DNA of 64,000 nucleotides from Ramazzottius varieornatus (taxonomy: Eukaryota > Animalia > Tardigrada). The translations under genes and the position numbers were made by a program. This document shows, in pieces, positions 1 through 12,064 of the stretch. Location: the NCBI GenBank assembly GCA_001949185.1, contig BDGG01000006.1, positions 1-64,000 of the forward strand. The letters run 5' to 3'. Within the stretch, counting starts at the first letter, position 1; every line of letters begins with the position of its first letter. The notes under the pieces were generated by a model that saw only the letters and a list, made by a program, of their open reading frames with translations, searched no databases and had not been told where the DNA came from.

Positions 1-867
1 GTCTTACAGTATCTGCCATCTGGTTCGTTGCATTTACCAGCTTCCGGCTCTGTGCCCTGTGGATTTAAATGGCTGCCTATTGGAACGGTGGAGCTACTTG
101 CCAAACGCGTTATTTGCCACCATTGTTTATCAATTGCTGACTAACTGTCTTTCTAGTGTGAACTTGCGAGTTTCTCACTCTTCGGACGTGTCTATGCCAT
201 GGATTAAACTTCAGCCGAGTTCAGAACCACACGATAGGTTCTTACTTCCCACATAGGAAATGAAGCTAACCCTTCTCGAACGGGACTTGTCTGTCGCCAC
301 ATGTTTTATCAGTATGGCTCTGAAGTGTGGATGACTGCATCTATGTTGATCTTTATCTTCTGACATCTGTCTATGGCTCCTGAGAAGTGAGAAGCACCAG
401 CAGACGACCATATTGGTATGTCGCCATTGATTCACAGTACATTTTCGATCATTTGAACAGGCATTCGATAAAGTTCGATCATCGACGCCAGCACGCTATT
501 GCTTGTGCAATTAACTCTTCGAAATAGGACGATAACGAGCAACCATATTACCCGAATGGTAGAGCTGGCTTGTCGCTGGTGGTGTTGGCATCAAAATCCA
601 TGCCTTGAGCTCGTACCATTGTAGATGGTTTATTTCACATTCTGTCATGAACCCAATCTACATCTGGTTCCATTCCAGCAAACTTCTGAACGAGTAAATG
701 TTACTGTCAGCTAGATCATATACCACGTCGTTGTAGTCTTATGGCTTTATCTTGTAGGTATATTTCCAGGTCGTACCATCAGCCGATACCGTTAAACATC
801 ATCGTACCGACGATTTCAGTTTCACCAGTATTCCCCTTGTTGTCGAAGCGATTGACGAGCTTGCAGA

Positions 868-3800
868 ATGACGGTAGCGTCGACCCAGTAAGTATGGTTA
901 TGTCTTATTGCAAGACACAGGATGTGCCTTCGTGCTGGTGCGTTCACGTTGTCTTGTTCTTTTGCAGAGTGTTCAAAAAGAGTAGCCCAAATGGAAAAGT
1001 AAGGACTGAAGACCTCGGTTTATTGTTATGGTCACGCGTTGCTTGAAACGATATCAGCCTCACGTCGTGTTATCCCCCTTCCTCTGGCAGATTACAATAT
1101 ACCTGGGCAAGCGCGACTTTGTCGACGATCTCTCCCACGTCGATCCCATAGGTAAGTTTCGTCTATGCAAATGATGAATAGCATGTCATGCCATGCCGTG
1201 CCGTGACGACCTGCTCTATTGCACTCTAAAGTCGCTCGTGCGCAAAGAAGCGTTTCTGTTCTGACAGTCCTCCAGTCTGACGGATGCCTTTCTTCCATTT
1301 AGTTTTATCAAAATTATCGAAGAACGGTACTAAAAGTATGTTGAGTTTAGGTGAGCCGTCAGGGAAAACAAGAGAGGGGCCGTTAAATAAAATAGCCGAG
1401 TCGGGCAAAATAGATCCGCCGAGAACTTTTCATTTGGCTTTGAGGTCAACGTTCAAGTACTACCAGAGAAGGCTTCGCAAAGACAGTTAATATTTTGTTT
1501 GCCGGAGATGAAGAGGGGAAGATAGTGACCGACTTGGGCATCTAGTGTAGTCAAGCTAAACCGTAGAGAGAATCTGGAGACAGTCAGAAATCTTTGGTGG
1601 CTGCCACTGGCTGGCGAGCTCGGTAGGGTGCTGTGTGCTTGCGAGGTCGATTTAGGGGCAAGTGAATACGGTACTATCGATTTTTTACGCTCGTTTGATG
1701 TTTCATTACTAGCAAGACGATTGGTTAAACGGTAGGTGGGTGTGAAATGATGGGCATGTGATGTCTAGAATGAGGGCTTATTAGTTATTAGGCCGTGGAT
1801 TAGAGACCACATGCCGAGATGCAGCATGGATAACTGATGGTCTGTCTTTTGCAGACGGGGTGGTCCTTGTGGATCCTGAATATGTCTCCAGCCAAAAGGT
1901 CTATGCTCACGTGCTGGCCGCATTCCGTTATGGCAGAGAAGACTTGGACGTTTTAGGCTTAACTTTCCGCAAGGACCTCTATCTCGCCTCCGCTCAGGTA
2001 TGGAGAATTCACTTTCCATCTCTAACCAAAACGCCTTTGTCTATGCCGGGAAAGAGCTATTCTCGCGACACTAGACTACGACACGTCGTAGTACAGGGTA
2101 CTCTTGGCATATTGTTTCCTAACAGCCGCTGGAGATTTTGGCCTCGAGTCTTCGGGAGGTCCTCAGCCTCCTGGAGCCAGATATTCCTTTTCTTTGTATG
2201 GCGGTACGTTCCCCCCAAAACTGAGGTCTATAGTCTTGGGTGTAACTGGTGGCACCAGCCTCGAAATCATCCTGGGATTTGTCTTTGACGGTGACAGATT
2301 ACTTTTCGCGCTTGTTGGCAGAAGGTCTTCGGTTCTTGTGGACCCACCCGGCGACCTTCCTTAATGCTGCCGCTCACCTGTGCCTATAATGTTTGAGTTG
2401 TCATTTCTATCTTATTACGCAGATTTACCCTCCGGATCCGGCTGAGAAGCGTCCGTTATCCAGATTGCAAGAGCGTCTAATCAAGAAGCTGGGCGATCAT
2501 GCCTATCCGTTTTATTTTCAGGTACGGTGTGGCATGAGAGTTTTTCCTAAAGGGCTATGTTGCCTTCTGAAATTACCCTGGATCAAATTGCACCGATAAT
2601 TTTCTGCAATATCGAAGCGAAGGTTTCCACCTAACGTTGCTGCCGTAACATATTTACAGCTTCCTCTTCAGTCTCCGGCGTCGGTCACACTACAGCCAGC
2701 ACCGGGCGATACTGGGAAGGTACTTGTGTAGCTTTCACAGGACGATGTTGTCAAACGATTCGCTATGAAAATGCTTTGCTTTGTCTGTCTAGCCATGCGG
2801 GGTGGATTACGAGCTAAAGGCCTACACTGCTCCCAATCTGGAGGAGAAACCCCATAAAAGGTACAGCAATTGTGTGCGAAATATTGCATCCTGTACAAAT
2901 TCCATAAGGGTGGTTCTATATACCGGCCACAGACTTCTAATAACTTCTATTTTGCAGAGATACAATCCGTCTTGCCATACGAAAACTGTATTACGCTCCC
3001 GACATCAACAATGAACAGCCCTATCTGGAGACCAGTAAAGATTTTGTTATGAGCTCGGCCAAGCTCCATTTAGAAGTAACTCTGGACAAGGAGGTACCTT
3101 TCCAAAACATCGTGCCAGTCCCATAATAGAACTGATGTGAGAAATACTGTGTTTGTTTTGATGGGTTTCTATCAAACTCGTCTTTCCTGACAGATGTACT
3201 ATCACGGAGAATCAATTGCCGTCAATGTTCAAATAACCAACAATAGCAACAAGTCTGTAAAGCGCATCAAAGTATCCGGTACGTACACACGAACTTCGTT
3301 TGGCATACCATTGTGGTACTTATTTCCGGTGCGTCCCTTTGTTTGTATCGCCGGTTAATGCCACGTCAAATGTACCATAATTTCGCTGCGGCATTGTTTC
3401 AGTTGACCAAATTGCCGACATTTGCTTGTTCTCCACCGCCAAGTACAAATGTACAGTGGCCGAAATTGAGAGCGAGTAAGTAGTATTTTCCTCGTCCTCT
3501 GGGCCTGACGGCGCCGTTGCCGATGTCCTGTATGTAGCTGTGGGCTTTGGTTTCCAGAGAAGGCTTTCCCGTCGGGCCGGGCTTCACACTTGCCAAAGTC
3601 TACTATTTAACGCCTCTACTTGCCAACAACAAGAACAAACGCGGCCTGGCTCTTGACGGTAAACTGAAACATGAAGACACCAACTTGGCATCTTCTACTG
3701 TGTAAGTATTCATTCGCGTACTACTCGATCCTTTCCAACATCTTCCGTGTTTTTGTGTTGCAGTCTTTCGGCCAAAGTTCAAAAGGAAAACCTGGGCATC

Positions 3801-4472
3801 ATCGTTCAGTACCGCGTTAAGGTGAAGCTGATCTTGGGAGGGTTCAGTGGGTAAGTAACCGCGGGATCACTTTTCCTCTTTTTTGTGTGCCATCTGGCAT
3901 CCCTCTAAGCGACTTTGGTGCTGATAATTGACTGACTGAATTAGCTGTTGTGGCATCTTCCTAGCACCTTTCTCTCCAGGGACCTTGATGCGGTACTGCC
4001 CTTTACGCTCACCCATCCCAAGCCCAAAGAGACTCCTCCAGCATCGCGACCTGTCACGGCCAAAGTTAGTGATGTCGACATGGGAAACAACATTGTCGAT
4101 GCCAATTTGATTCAACTGGACGCCAAGTAAGCTTTCTGATACAATACAGAGAATGTATCCCTTCCGGCGTTATAGCCTTCCTTCCGTGATCTTATAGCAT
4201 CAGTCAATGGCTGCTGATGTCACGAGACCAGCGGAAGGGATGCATTCTGTGCAAGAGATGCTCCTTTGCAAAACGAGTGCACATACAGTAATTCCTTGCC
4301 GATCATAACATGGATTGCAACGTCCCCCATGTGAAAATTAATGAGATGTGCCGCTTCTTTCACCCTTAGTGATGACAGAAAGGGGTATGTGGATCAAGAC
4401 GACGACATTATCTTTGAGGACTTTGCCAGATTACGGCTGAAAGGGTCAGAAGGTGAAGATGCGGAAGCGTGA
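868..4472 (+). CDS. ARRB: Beta-arrestin (non-visual arrestin, kurtz/ARRB-like), about 13 coding exons; 5' start uncertain
   Basis: Spliced exons read [10 protein letters not shown] (968-998), [13 protein letters not shown] (from 1091), [59 protein letters not shown]. The clathrin box LIQLD and AP-2 motif [15 protein letters not shown] are present. Stop TGA at 4470-4472. Confidence 0.95.
4150..4248. mobile_element. Degenerate MITE in last arrestin intron, related to the MITE at 62389-62497
   Basis: Inverted arms agaatgtatcccttccg / cggaagggatgcattct share the core aatgcatccctt...aagggatgcatt with the 62.4 kb element. Confidence 0.5.
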
Positions 4473-4820
4473 GCAGCCGGGAAAGGCAAGTTGGAGGCTC
4501 GGTGCTGAATTACTTATAACCATTTCTTTTTGTAAACCTGTATTTTTTGCATGCATACATCATGTTCTTGAAGTTTTAAGTCTTACCGGACGATATGGAA
4601 CAGTGCACTTTTCTGTTGTAGTAAGCTGAGTCCTCTTCACCGCAGGATGTTTGTTTTTATCGCGACCCTCCCGTTCCCTTTGCTCCTTACACAAATTTTT
4701 ACGTCACAATGTGCACGATAACCTGTCGTCAAGGTATAAGTTTTAGCTTTTATAAGTCGTGAGAAAAGTCGGATTCGACGAGCAATACACAATTCCCAAA
4801 CAGAAAGAAAAATGATCTTG

Positions 4821-6194
4821 TCAGTTGAATTTCTTAATCGGAGTAGCGCAGTTCTCGCAGCGTACTGGACTTCCAGGTCGACTCCCTACCAGTTTCAGCA
4901 TCCTCCTCCCAACTCTTCTCACACCCTTCTTCACTTTACAGAAATGCTCTTTACTGCTGTTGTCCTTGTTAACTTCCACCGAATCCACAACGGGTTCTTG
5001 CATGACAAAGAGGGAGGACTCAACGGGACAGAGATTATCCACTTCACTGTTCTCATCAATGACGGCTTTCAACGTAAACTGCGTCTCGATGTACTTCTGT
5101 TCGGCGTTACTTCCCGGTTTCTTGATCAAGCGATCGGGAAGAGACAACAAAGGTGGCTTCTGGGGCTGCAACGTCCGCGTCGGATTGCACATAGACATGG
5201 CTGGTGGAGCTGTAAGGTTGACCTCAGTTGGCGGTGGGGATGCACTTCGATTAGTGGCATTGATGGGAGAAACCATTCCGGCTCTCGTCAATGCCGCCGT
5301 CAACGTTGGTGTGAAGGACATCATAAAAGTGGGCGATAAAGGTGCGACTTTGGCAGGGCTAAAAGGTGAAGGTGCTGTCACCACAGTGTCCGCGATGGTT
5401 TCGGAAATTGGAGCGAATGTTCTCTTGATTCTGGGTGGCGGTGGATTGGGCACTGTCAACGGCGCAGAGCTGACGGGAGGATACGGAACGGATAGTGGTG
5501 AGTTTGGTATCGGCATCTCTTTGGTACTCGAAATTGCAGGTAAAGGGTCAGGGGTGGGTATCTTGGAGATGATGGAGATGGGCTTTACTGTCCATAGGGA
5601 ACCTGTGTCCGGCAACATGGATGGATTTCCTAATGCCGCGAACGAGGAAGTGTCGACAGCCTTCTGGATCTCGGCATCTTCTGGAGGAGCCTTGACTGTC
5701 CTGTGTCCCCAGGTGTTGACAGTCAGATCGGTCATGCTCTTCTCAATTTCTTCATCGGGAATACTAGCAACGACGTCGTGGAAAATTTTGTAGAGTGCGG
5801 TCATGACTTCAGCGGTAAGGAGGGCAAACGTCCGCCGACTGGCATGGGAAGCCATCCGACGAACGGTCTCCAACTTGCGGATAATCTCTTCGTTAATTTC
5901 GCGGCGTGCTTCGGAGAGAGAACTGGTAACTGAAGGGAGTGTCTTGTTTAGAATTTCGGTGACGAATTCCGGAAGCGAGATCCCAGCCATAACAGCCAGA
6001 AGAATAGCGGCCTTATGATAAAAAGCCGGGTCGTCAGCAGAGAGTGGCACACCATGGTAGACAGCACACCACCAAATATATTCTTTGGTTATCTGGGCTG
6101 GTTGCTTCTCTTCCCGCGCCGGATAGGGGATACTACAGTCGGGATTAGCGGAGGCAGTCTTTGGCGAAGCACCTTGAGGTTTACTTGCAATCAT
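4821..6194 (-). CDS. Intronless orphan protein (about 457 aa from first ATG): helical N-terminal part, long Pro/Ser/Thr-rich disordered middle, basic/Cys C-terminus
   Basis: Uninterrupted 1.5-kb ORF (4821-6332, first in-frame ATG at 6194, MIASKPQG) in a genome whose other genes are intron-rich. No family recognised. Confidence 0.7.
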   Translation of the reverse strand: MIASKPQGASPKTASANPDCSIPYPAREEKQPAQITKEYIWWCAVYHGVPLSADDPAFYHKAAILLAVMAGISLPEFVTEILNKTLPSVTSSLSEARREINEEIIRKLETVRRMASHASRRTFALLTAEVMTALYKIFHDVVASIPDEEIEKSMTDLTVNTWGHRTVKAPPEDAEIQKAVDTSSFAALGNPSMLPDTGSLWTVKPISIISKIPTPDPLPAISSTKEMPIPNSPLSVPYPPVSSAPLTVPNPPPPRIKRTFAPISETIADTVVTAPSPFSPAKVAPLSPTFMMSFTPTLTAALTRAGMVSPINATNRSASPPPTEVNLTAPPAMSMCNPTRTLQPQKPPLLSLPDRLIKKPGSNAEQKYIETQFTLKAVIDENSEVDNLCPVESSLFVMQEPVVDSVEVNKDNSSKEHFCKVKKGVRRVGRRMLKLVGSRPGSPVRCENCATPIKKFN

Positions 6195-6909
6195 CTTGCC
6201 TGATCGGAGACGCACAGAGGTGACAATAGTAGAAATTTTCGCCCAGGCAATCCCAAAGATAGTATCTGATTCTGCGAATGGCTTTAAGTGTACCTGCCTA
6301 GAGTCCGGGCTTAAACATTTTTTCCCGTACAATTTGTGGCCGACGTCTGTGGTCTCCTGCGCAGCGGACTTTCGGCTACTTCCGGGATTCCATGCATCGT
6401 TGCCATGCAGTGAATAGCGGTTGCGGTTGCGTTCTTATGCTCTCAGAGGGTTGATCCGAGAATCTGGACGAGGGCTGTCCTCTGAGAATATTTCGTGGTT
6501 GAAAAAGGGAGGAATGGATCATAACGATGGACACGGCAAAGGTAAAAGGTTTCAGGTTGGAAGCCGGAAGGAGAGCGGCGACAGACAGTTACCTTTACCG
6601 CATACCAGACTTCCGGTCGATTATGGCGAACCGCATGGTGCCCACCAAAGTTCTTGACTTCATCAGATTGCTCAGACTGAATGATCAGATGATCGTCTCT
6701 TCCGAGTTGTCTGACTTTGTGCGAGAATGTACAGCGTGTTCTGATGCTTCATAGAGTCCAGTTAGACTGTAACTGGTTGAATTGATGGTTCTTGTATGTT
6801 TGATTGAAGTTGCGCGGACAGCAGGGGCAAGGATCGAAGCAGCTAAAAGAGAGGACGGTGACGGGGATCGTTGATCGGCCATTACAAGCCTCGTCTCGAT
6901 TTGGACGTC

Positions 6910-9900
6910 ATGTCGCTCGTCATGAATCCCAACTCGGAAGCCAGTAAACTGCTCAACTTCTCGGAACGGTTGGACATTAACCTTTTGGACAAGGTGGTAG
7001 GCTACATGTATACGGGGCAGAAGAATGAGCAGATGGAGGCGCAGACCGTCTTGACGACGTTGAAGGAGCATCCGGACGCCTGGACGCGCGTCGACGCCAT
7101 CCTCGAGTATTCTCAAAATCCTCAGACCAAGTATTTCGCTCTGCAGATACTGGAGAATGTCATCAAGACTAGGTGGAAGGCATTACCACGAGATCAGTGT
7201 GAAGGTAAGCACAACTTGGAGTTGCAGTACGTACTTCTCTTTGAGCACGTGGTTCGTGGCTTCTGTCCTGTTTATGTCACGTGGGGCAGCGGCGTCGTTA
7301 ACAGTCTGAAAGACCTTGCTTCTTCTGTAGGTATCAAGACGTACATCGTTGGGCTGATTATCCGCACCTCATCCCTGCCGGAGATGCATGAGAAGCACAA
7401 GCTCTTTCTGACGAAACTGAACTTTGTCCTTGTTCAGGTTGGAAGCTGTTGTCTCGCTTGGCCGTAGATCATGGTCGGCCTGACGTCATATCAAAATGTC
7501 CTATCCTAACTATGGTTAACCTTGCAGATTCTGAAGAAGGAATGGCCCAAAAACTGGCCCTCATTCATTACGGACATTGTCGGAGCCAGTAAGACCAATG
7601 AATGGTTGTGCTTAAACAACATGGAGATTCTAAGGCTGATGAGGTAATGTCGACATAAGAGAAAAGGATGGTTTGACCGTGTGCCGATATTCATCTTAAT
7701 TCTGCATCTTGATGTTACAGCGAGGAAATCTTTGATTATTCGAGTGGGACAATGACACAGGCCAAGACCAAGCATCTGAAGGAGTCAATGTGCGCTGAAT
7801 TTCAACAAGTGTTCCAGCTTTGCCTTTTTGTTCTGGTATGTTAGAGTAACTTCCCCGGTGCTGGGCAGCTTCATTGAAACCTGTCGAGGGGAGAAAGCGT
7901 GTTAATTGTCCGCCTTGTTTTGCAGGAAAATAGCACAAACCCGGCCTTGGTGGGCGAAACGTTGCGGACGTTGCTCCTCTTCCTCAACTGGATTCCTCTA
8001 GGCTACGTCTTCGAAACCAACCTTGTTCCCAGCCTTATTAGCAAAGTACATTACAGCATACCACCATCTGATTATTTTCATCTGTATCTCACTTGACATT
8101 GGCTACACATTATCCTGGTAACCTCTCCGTTTTGATAGTTTCTGACGGTGCCCATGTTCCGCAACGTGACGCTAAAATGTCTAACGGAAGTCTCGGGTAT
8201 CTCCACTGCGCAGTATCCGCAGTACGAGAAAGCTTTCAAAGATTTGTTCTCCCAAACCATGGAGCAGCTAAAGCAGGTATTAAACACTGGCCTCTGTGGG
8301 CTTACCGGTAGCTGACGGTCGAGAAGCTCATCGGAGATGTATAGGAGGCAGGTTTGCAGTACTTGACTGTGTGTTTGTAGATTCTGCCGCTGGATACGGA
8401 CATCCGAGGAGCGTATGCCAAAGGTACGGACGACGAGCAAAAGTTTATCCAGAACTTGGCCATGTTTCTGGCTTCCTACCTCAAGGAGCACGTCCAACTG
8501 GTGGAAAAGGTACGTCTACTCTTGCGTGCACAACTCCCTCCCGGGGCCTACCCTGCTTCACCGTGGGCCTCCGGAGCTTGGGAAGGCGTTGGGAAGCCAA
8601 TGTGGTCAATACGTCCTTGTTTCGTAGACGGCCGAGCTGAGGCCGTACCTGTTGGAAGGCCTCAAGTATCTCTTGCTGATATCGGTGGTGGAAGAGACGG
8701 AAATCTTCAAGATTTGCCTGGAGCTATGGAACACGCTGTCGTCCGAGCTGTACTTGGAGCATCCCTTCAACACCTACCCTTCTAGCAATGCCTACTTCCC
8801 TGCCCTTCTCAAGCAGGGTTACGAATCTCAGTCCAACAGTCGCCGCAAGTTTTACGACGCCGTCCTCACCGACGTCCGCCTCATCATGATTGCCCGCATG
8901 GCCAAGCCGGAAGAGGTGCTGGTGGTGGAGAATGAGCAGGGTGAAGTGGTCCGCGAGTTCATGAAGGACACTGACAGTATCAACATGTACAAGTTGATGC
9001 GCGAAACTCTGGGTAGGTACCTTCAATACTTTTCCTATAGTCATTAGGGAACCAAGTCCTTGCCCCTTCACAAAGTCCTGCCGTGCAGTGGAAGAAGGCA
9101 AACATGGCTTTCATGAGGAACGTGGGTAGTGTATGGCTGCAAACAGGGCTAGTGGAGCAACTGGATATGTGTCTATTTGTAGTGTACTTGACGCATTTGG
9201 ATACGGCAGATACGGAGAGGATCATGACGGACAAGCTGCAACGGCAGGTGGACGGGTCGGAATGGGGCTGGAAGAACCTCAATACCCTATGCTGGGCCAT
9301 CGGCTCCATCAGTGGCGCTATGCACGAAGAGGACGAGATGCGCTTCCTGGTTACCGTCATTAAGGTACTGTCTAGGATCCCTTGTGGCCCTGCTGCAGTG
9401 CTAGCTTTAGGTCGTGGTAGGTGATGGTTGTCTTGCAGGACTTGCTGGGTTTGTGCGAGATGAAGCGCGGAAAGGACAACAAGGCCATCATTGCCTCCAA
9501 CATTATGTACATTGTGGGCCAGTATCCGCGCTTCCTGCGGGCCCACTGGAAATTCCTCAAGACGGTCGTCAACAAGCTCTTTGAGTTCATGCACGGTATG
9601 TCTTTTTGACAAAAGTCTGGCAGCATTTGCCCTGTCTTATTTTACGGAAATGGTAAGGCATCGCTTTGACGTTGGATAATGCATGTCGATGTCTTGTCGC
9701 TTGGCAGAAACCCACGATGGAGTACAAGATATGGCCTGTGATACCTTCATCAAGATTGCCCAGAAATGCCGGCGCCACTTTGTGACGGTACAGATTGGCG
9801 AAACCTTCCCCTTCATCGACGAGATTTTGCAGAATCTCCGTTCCATCATCTGCGACCTCAGCCAGCAACAGGTTAGTGGTGCGCAATGCCTTTCCGTCCT

Positions 9901-12064
9901 GGGATGTCTCCCTGAACAAGAAGGACAAAGACTATAGTGTCTTTGTCGTGCATATAGGTGCAAACGTTCTATGAAGCCATCGGCTACATGATCTCCTCAG
10001 AAGCCGACGACAGCACGCAAGCCAACCTCATTGACCGTCTGATGAGTTTGCCCAACCAAATCTGGGACGAAACCATCCAAGCCATCAAGGTGAACCCCGA
10101 AGCTCTCAAAGATGTCGAGTGTCTCAAGCAGTTTGTTAACGTCCTCCGCGCCAACCACCGGGCTTGCATCTCCCTGGGCAACGTCTACGTCCACCAGGTA
10201 CACTCATTTTCGCTTCTGAAATAGCGCAGTCTATGAGGATAACATGGCAGCTATACCCTTTTGGCCTTGTTGCAGCTGAAGAGGAATTTCTACGACATGC
10301 TGCAGCTGTATAACTTGCTGAGCCAAAGCATCAGTCAGGCCTTGATGGTGGGCGGCGACATGGCCAACAAAGGACCCTACATCAAAGCCATGCGAACCGT
10401 CAAGAAGGAAATACTCAAGATCCTCTCCACCTGGATCAGTAAAGCTACCAACCCCCAAATGGTATGTAGCGCAAACTTGCATGCTTTACTTGTTGGGCTG
10501 AGCGATATGCCGGTATTTCGAGATGCAATAGCGCTTCCCTGTTGGTGTGGTTGCAGGTGTACGAATACTTTATCCCGCACGTCTTTGAGTCGATACTAAA
10601 TGACTACAAGTCCAACGTGCCCGATGCCCGCGAGCCCGAAGTCTTGTCCTTGCTACGCTCCATTGTCGAACGGCTGGAGAACGTCATCACGCCACGAATT
10701 GGCGAGATCTTTAGTGGAGTCTTTGAGGTACAGCCTTTAACGTACAGCACATTGCGTCTTGTTTCCTGTTCCTGAAAGATAGTCTGGTTTTGCAGTGTAC
10801 CCTGGAGATGATCAACAAGAACTTTGAAGAGTATCCCGAGCACCGCACCAACTTTTTCCTGCTGATCCAGTCCATCAACCAAAAGTGCTTCCCCGGCATG
10901 CTCGCCATTCCTGGTCCTCAGTTCAAGCTCATCATTGACTCTGTCGTCTGGGCTTTCAAGCATCACATGAGAAATGTCGCCGAAATCGGTACGCCTATTA
11001 TTCATCTTCTATGGATTACGTTGCTCGTGTCCGCACGCCCTTCTTCTGTTCAGCGTTTTGCTCGGCTGGTGCTGTTGACAAACTGACAGAGGGAATTTTT
11101 TGACTTTTGGTAGGTCTGCACATATTGTATCAGATGTTGAAGAATATTGGCAGTCAGTCGGCGGAAGTTGCCCAGTCTTTCTACAAGGCCTATTACTTGG
11201 TCCTGCTCGAGCATCTCTTCTCGGTGGCCTCCGACCCAACCCACTCTGGCAGTAAGTCCTGGACACACTCCGCATGATAACTTTCTGCCTGTCGCCATCT
11301 TAACCTGATTTCCGTTGTCAAACTGTTTCTGCAGATCTGAACATGTTCTCGACAATAATTGCCTACATGTTCTCGCTGGTGGACGATAAGAAAGTGGCTG
11401 TGGCGCTGGGCAATACTGGCGAAGACAATGTGGCATTCCTACAGAACTACTTGCAGCGCATGCTCAAGGCCGGCTTCCCGCATCTCACCGAGTAGGCTTT
11501 TTACTCTTGTAGCTCTTTTCATCCATTGGTCAGCAGCTACTGAATCACCACGGGCCCTTACTTTGTAGCTCCCAAATAAAGATCACCGTTCAGGGTATGT
11601 TCCAGCTGGACCAGGATGTTACGCAGTTCAAGGAGCATCTGAGAGACTTCCTTGTACAAATCAAGGTGAGAACACCGGCCAGACAGGCTTACAAACTACA
11701 GTACTGTGTCGACTGTGAGTTACTGTGAGATCGAAGGACTTGCAGCTGCACGTGCCACAACAACACTGCAGTGTATCTTTCCATAAGTGCATGTCATGAT
11801 GTCACGTCAAGCCCCATGTTCCTTAACGTGCTTCCGCGTGTCTTTGCCTCCCGGAACCCTTACAGTCAACTTCTGATCTTTCGTTCGTGGACCGAAGTTA
11901 AGGGTGTGTTTCTTTGGTAGGAATATACCGGTGATGACGAGACGGACCTTTTCCTGGAAGAACGCGAAACGCAGTTGAAAAAGGCCCAAGATGACAAGCG
12001 GAAAATCCAGATGGCCGTCCCCGGTATCCTTAATCCGCACGAGATTGACGATATGGAGGACTGA
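6910..12064 (+). CDS. XPO1: Exportin-1 / CRM1 (embargoed), multi-exon
   Basis: Motifs [126 protein letters not shown]-terminus [15 protein letters not shown] with TGA at 12062-12064. The splice phases I checked are consistent. Confidence 0.97.

Noticed and set aside
1998-2422. ORF extensions within an arrestin intron
   Set aside because: Read-through beyond a clear GT donor with no recognisable protein motifs in any frame.
4825-5793. 322-aa plus-strand ORF overlapping the orphan gene
   Set aside because: It is the antisense mirror of the longer minus-strand ORF, starts at a non-ATG codon, and its Gly/Val-rich composition is what the reverse complement of Pro/Thr codons gives.
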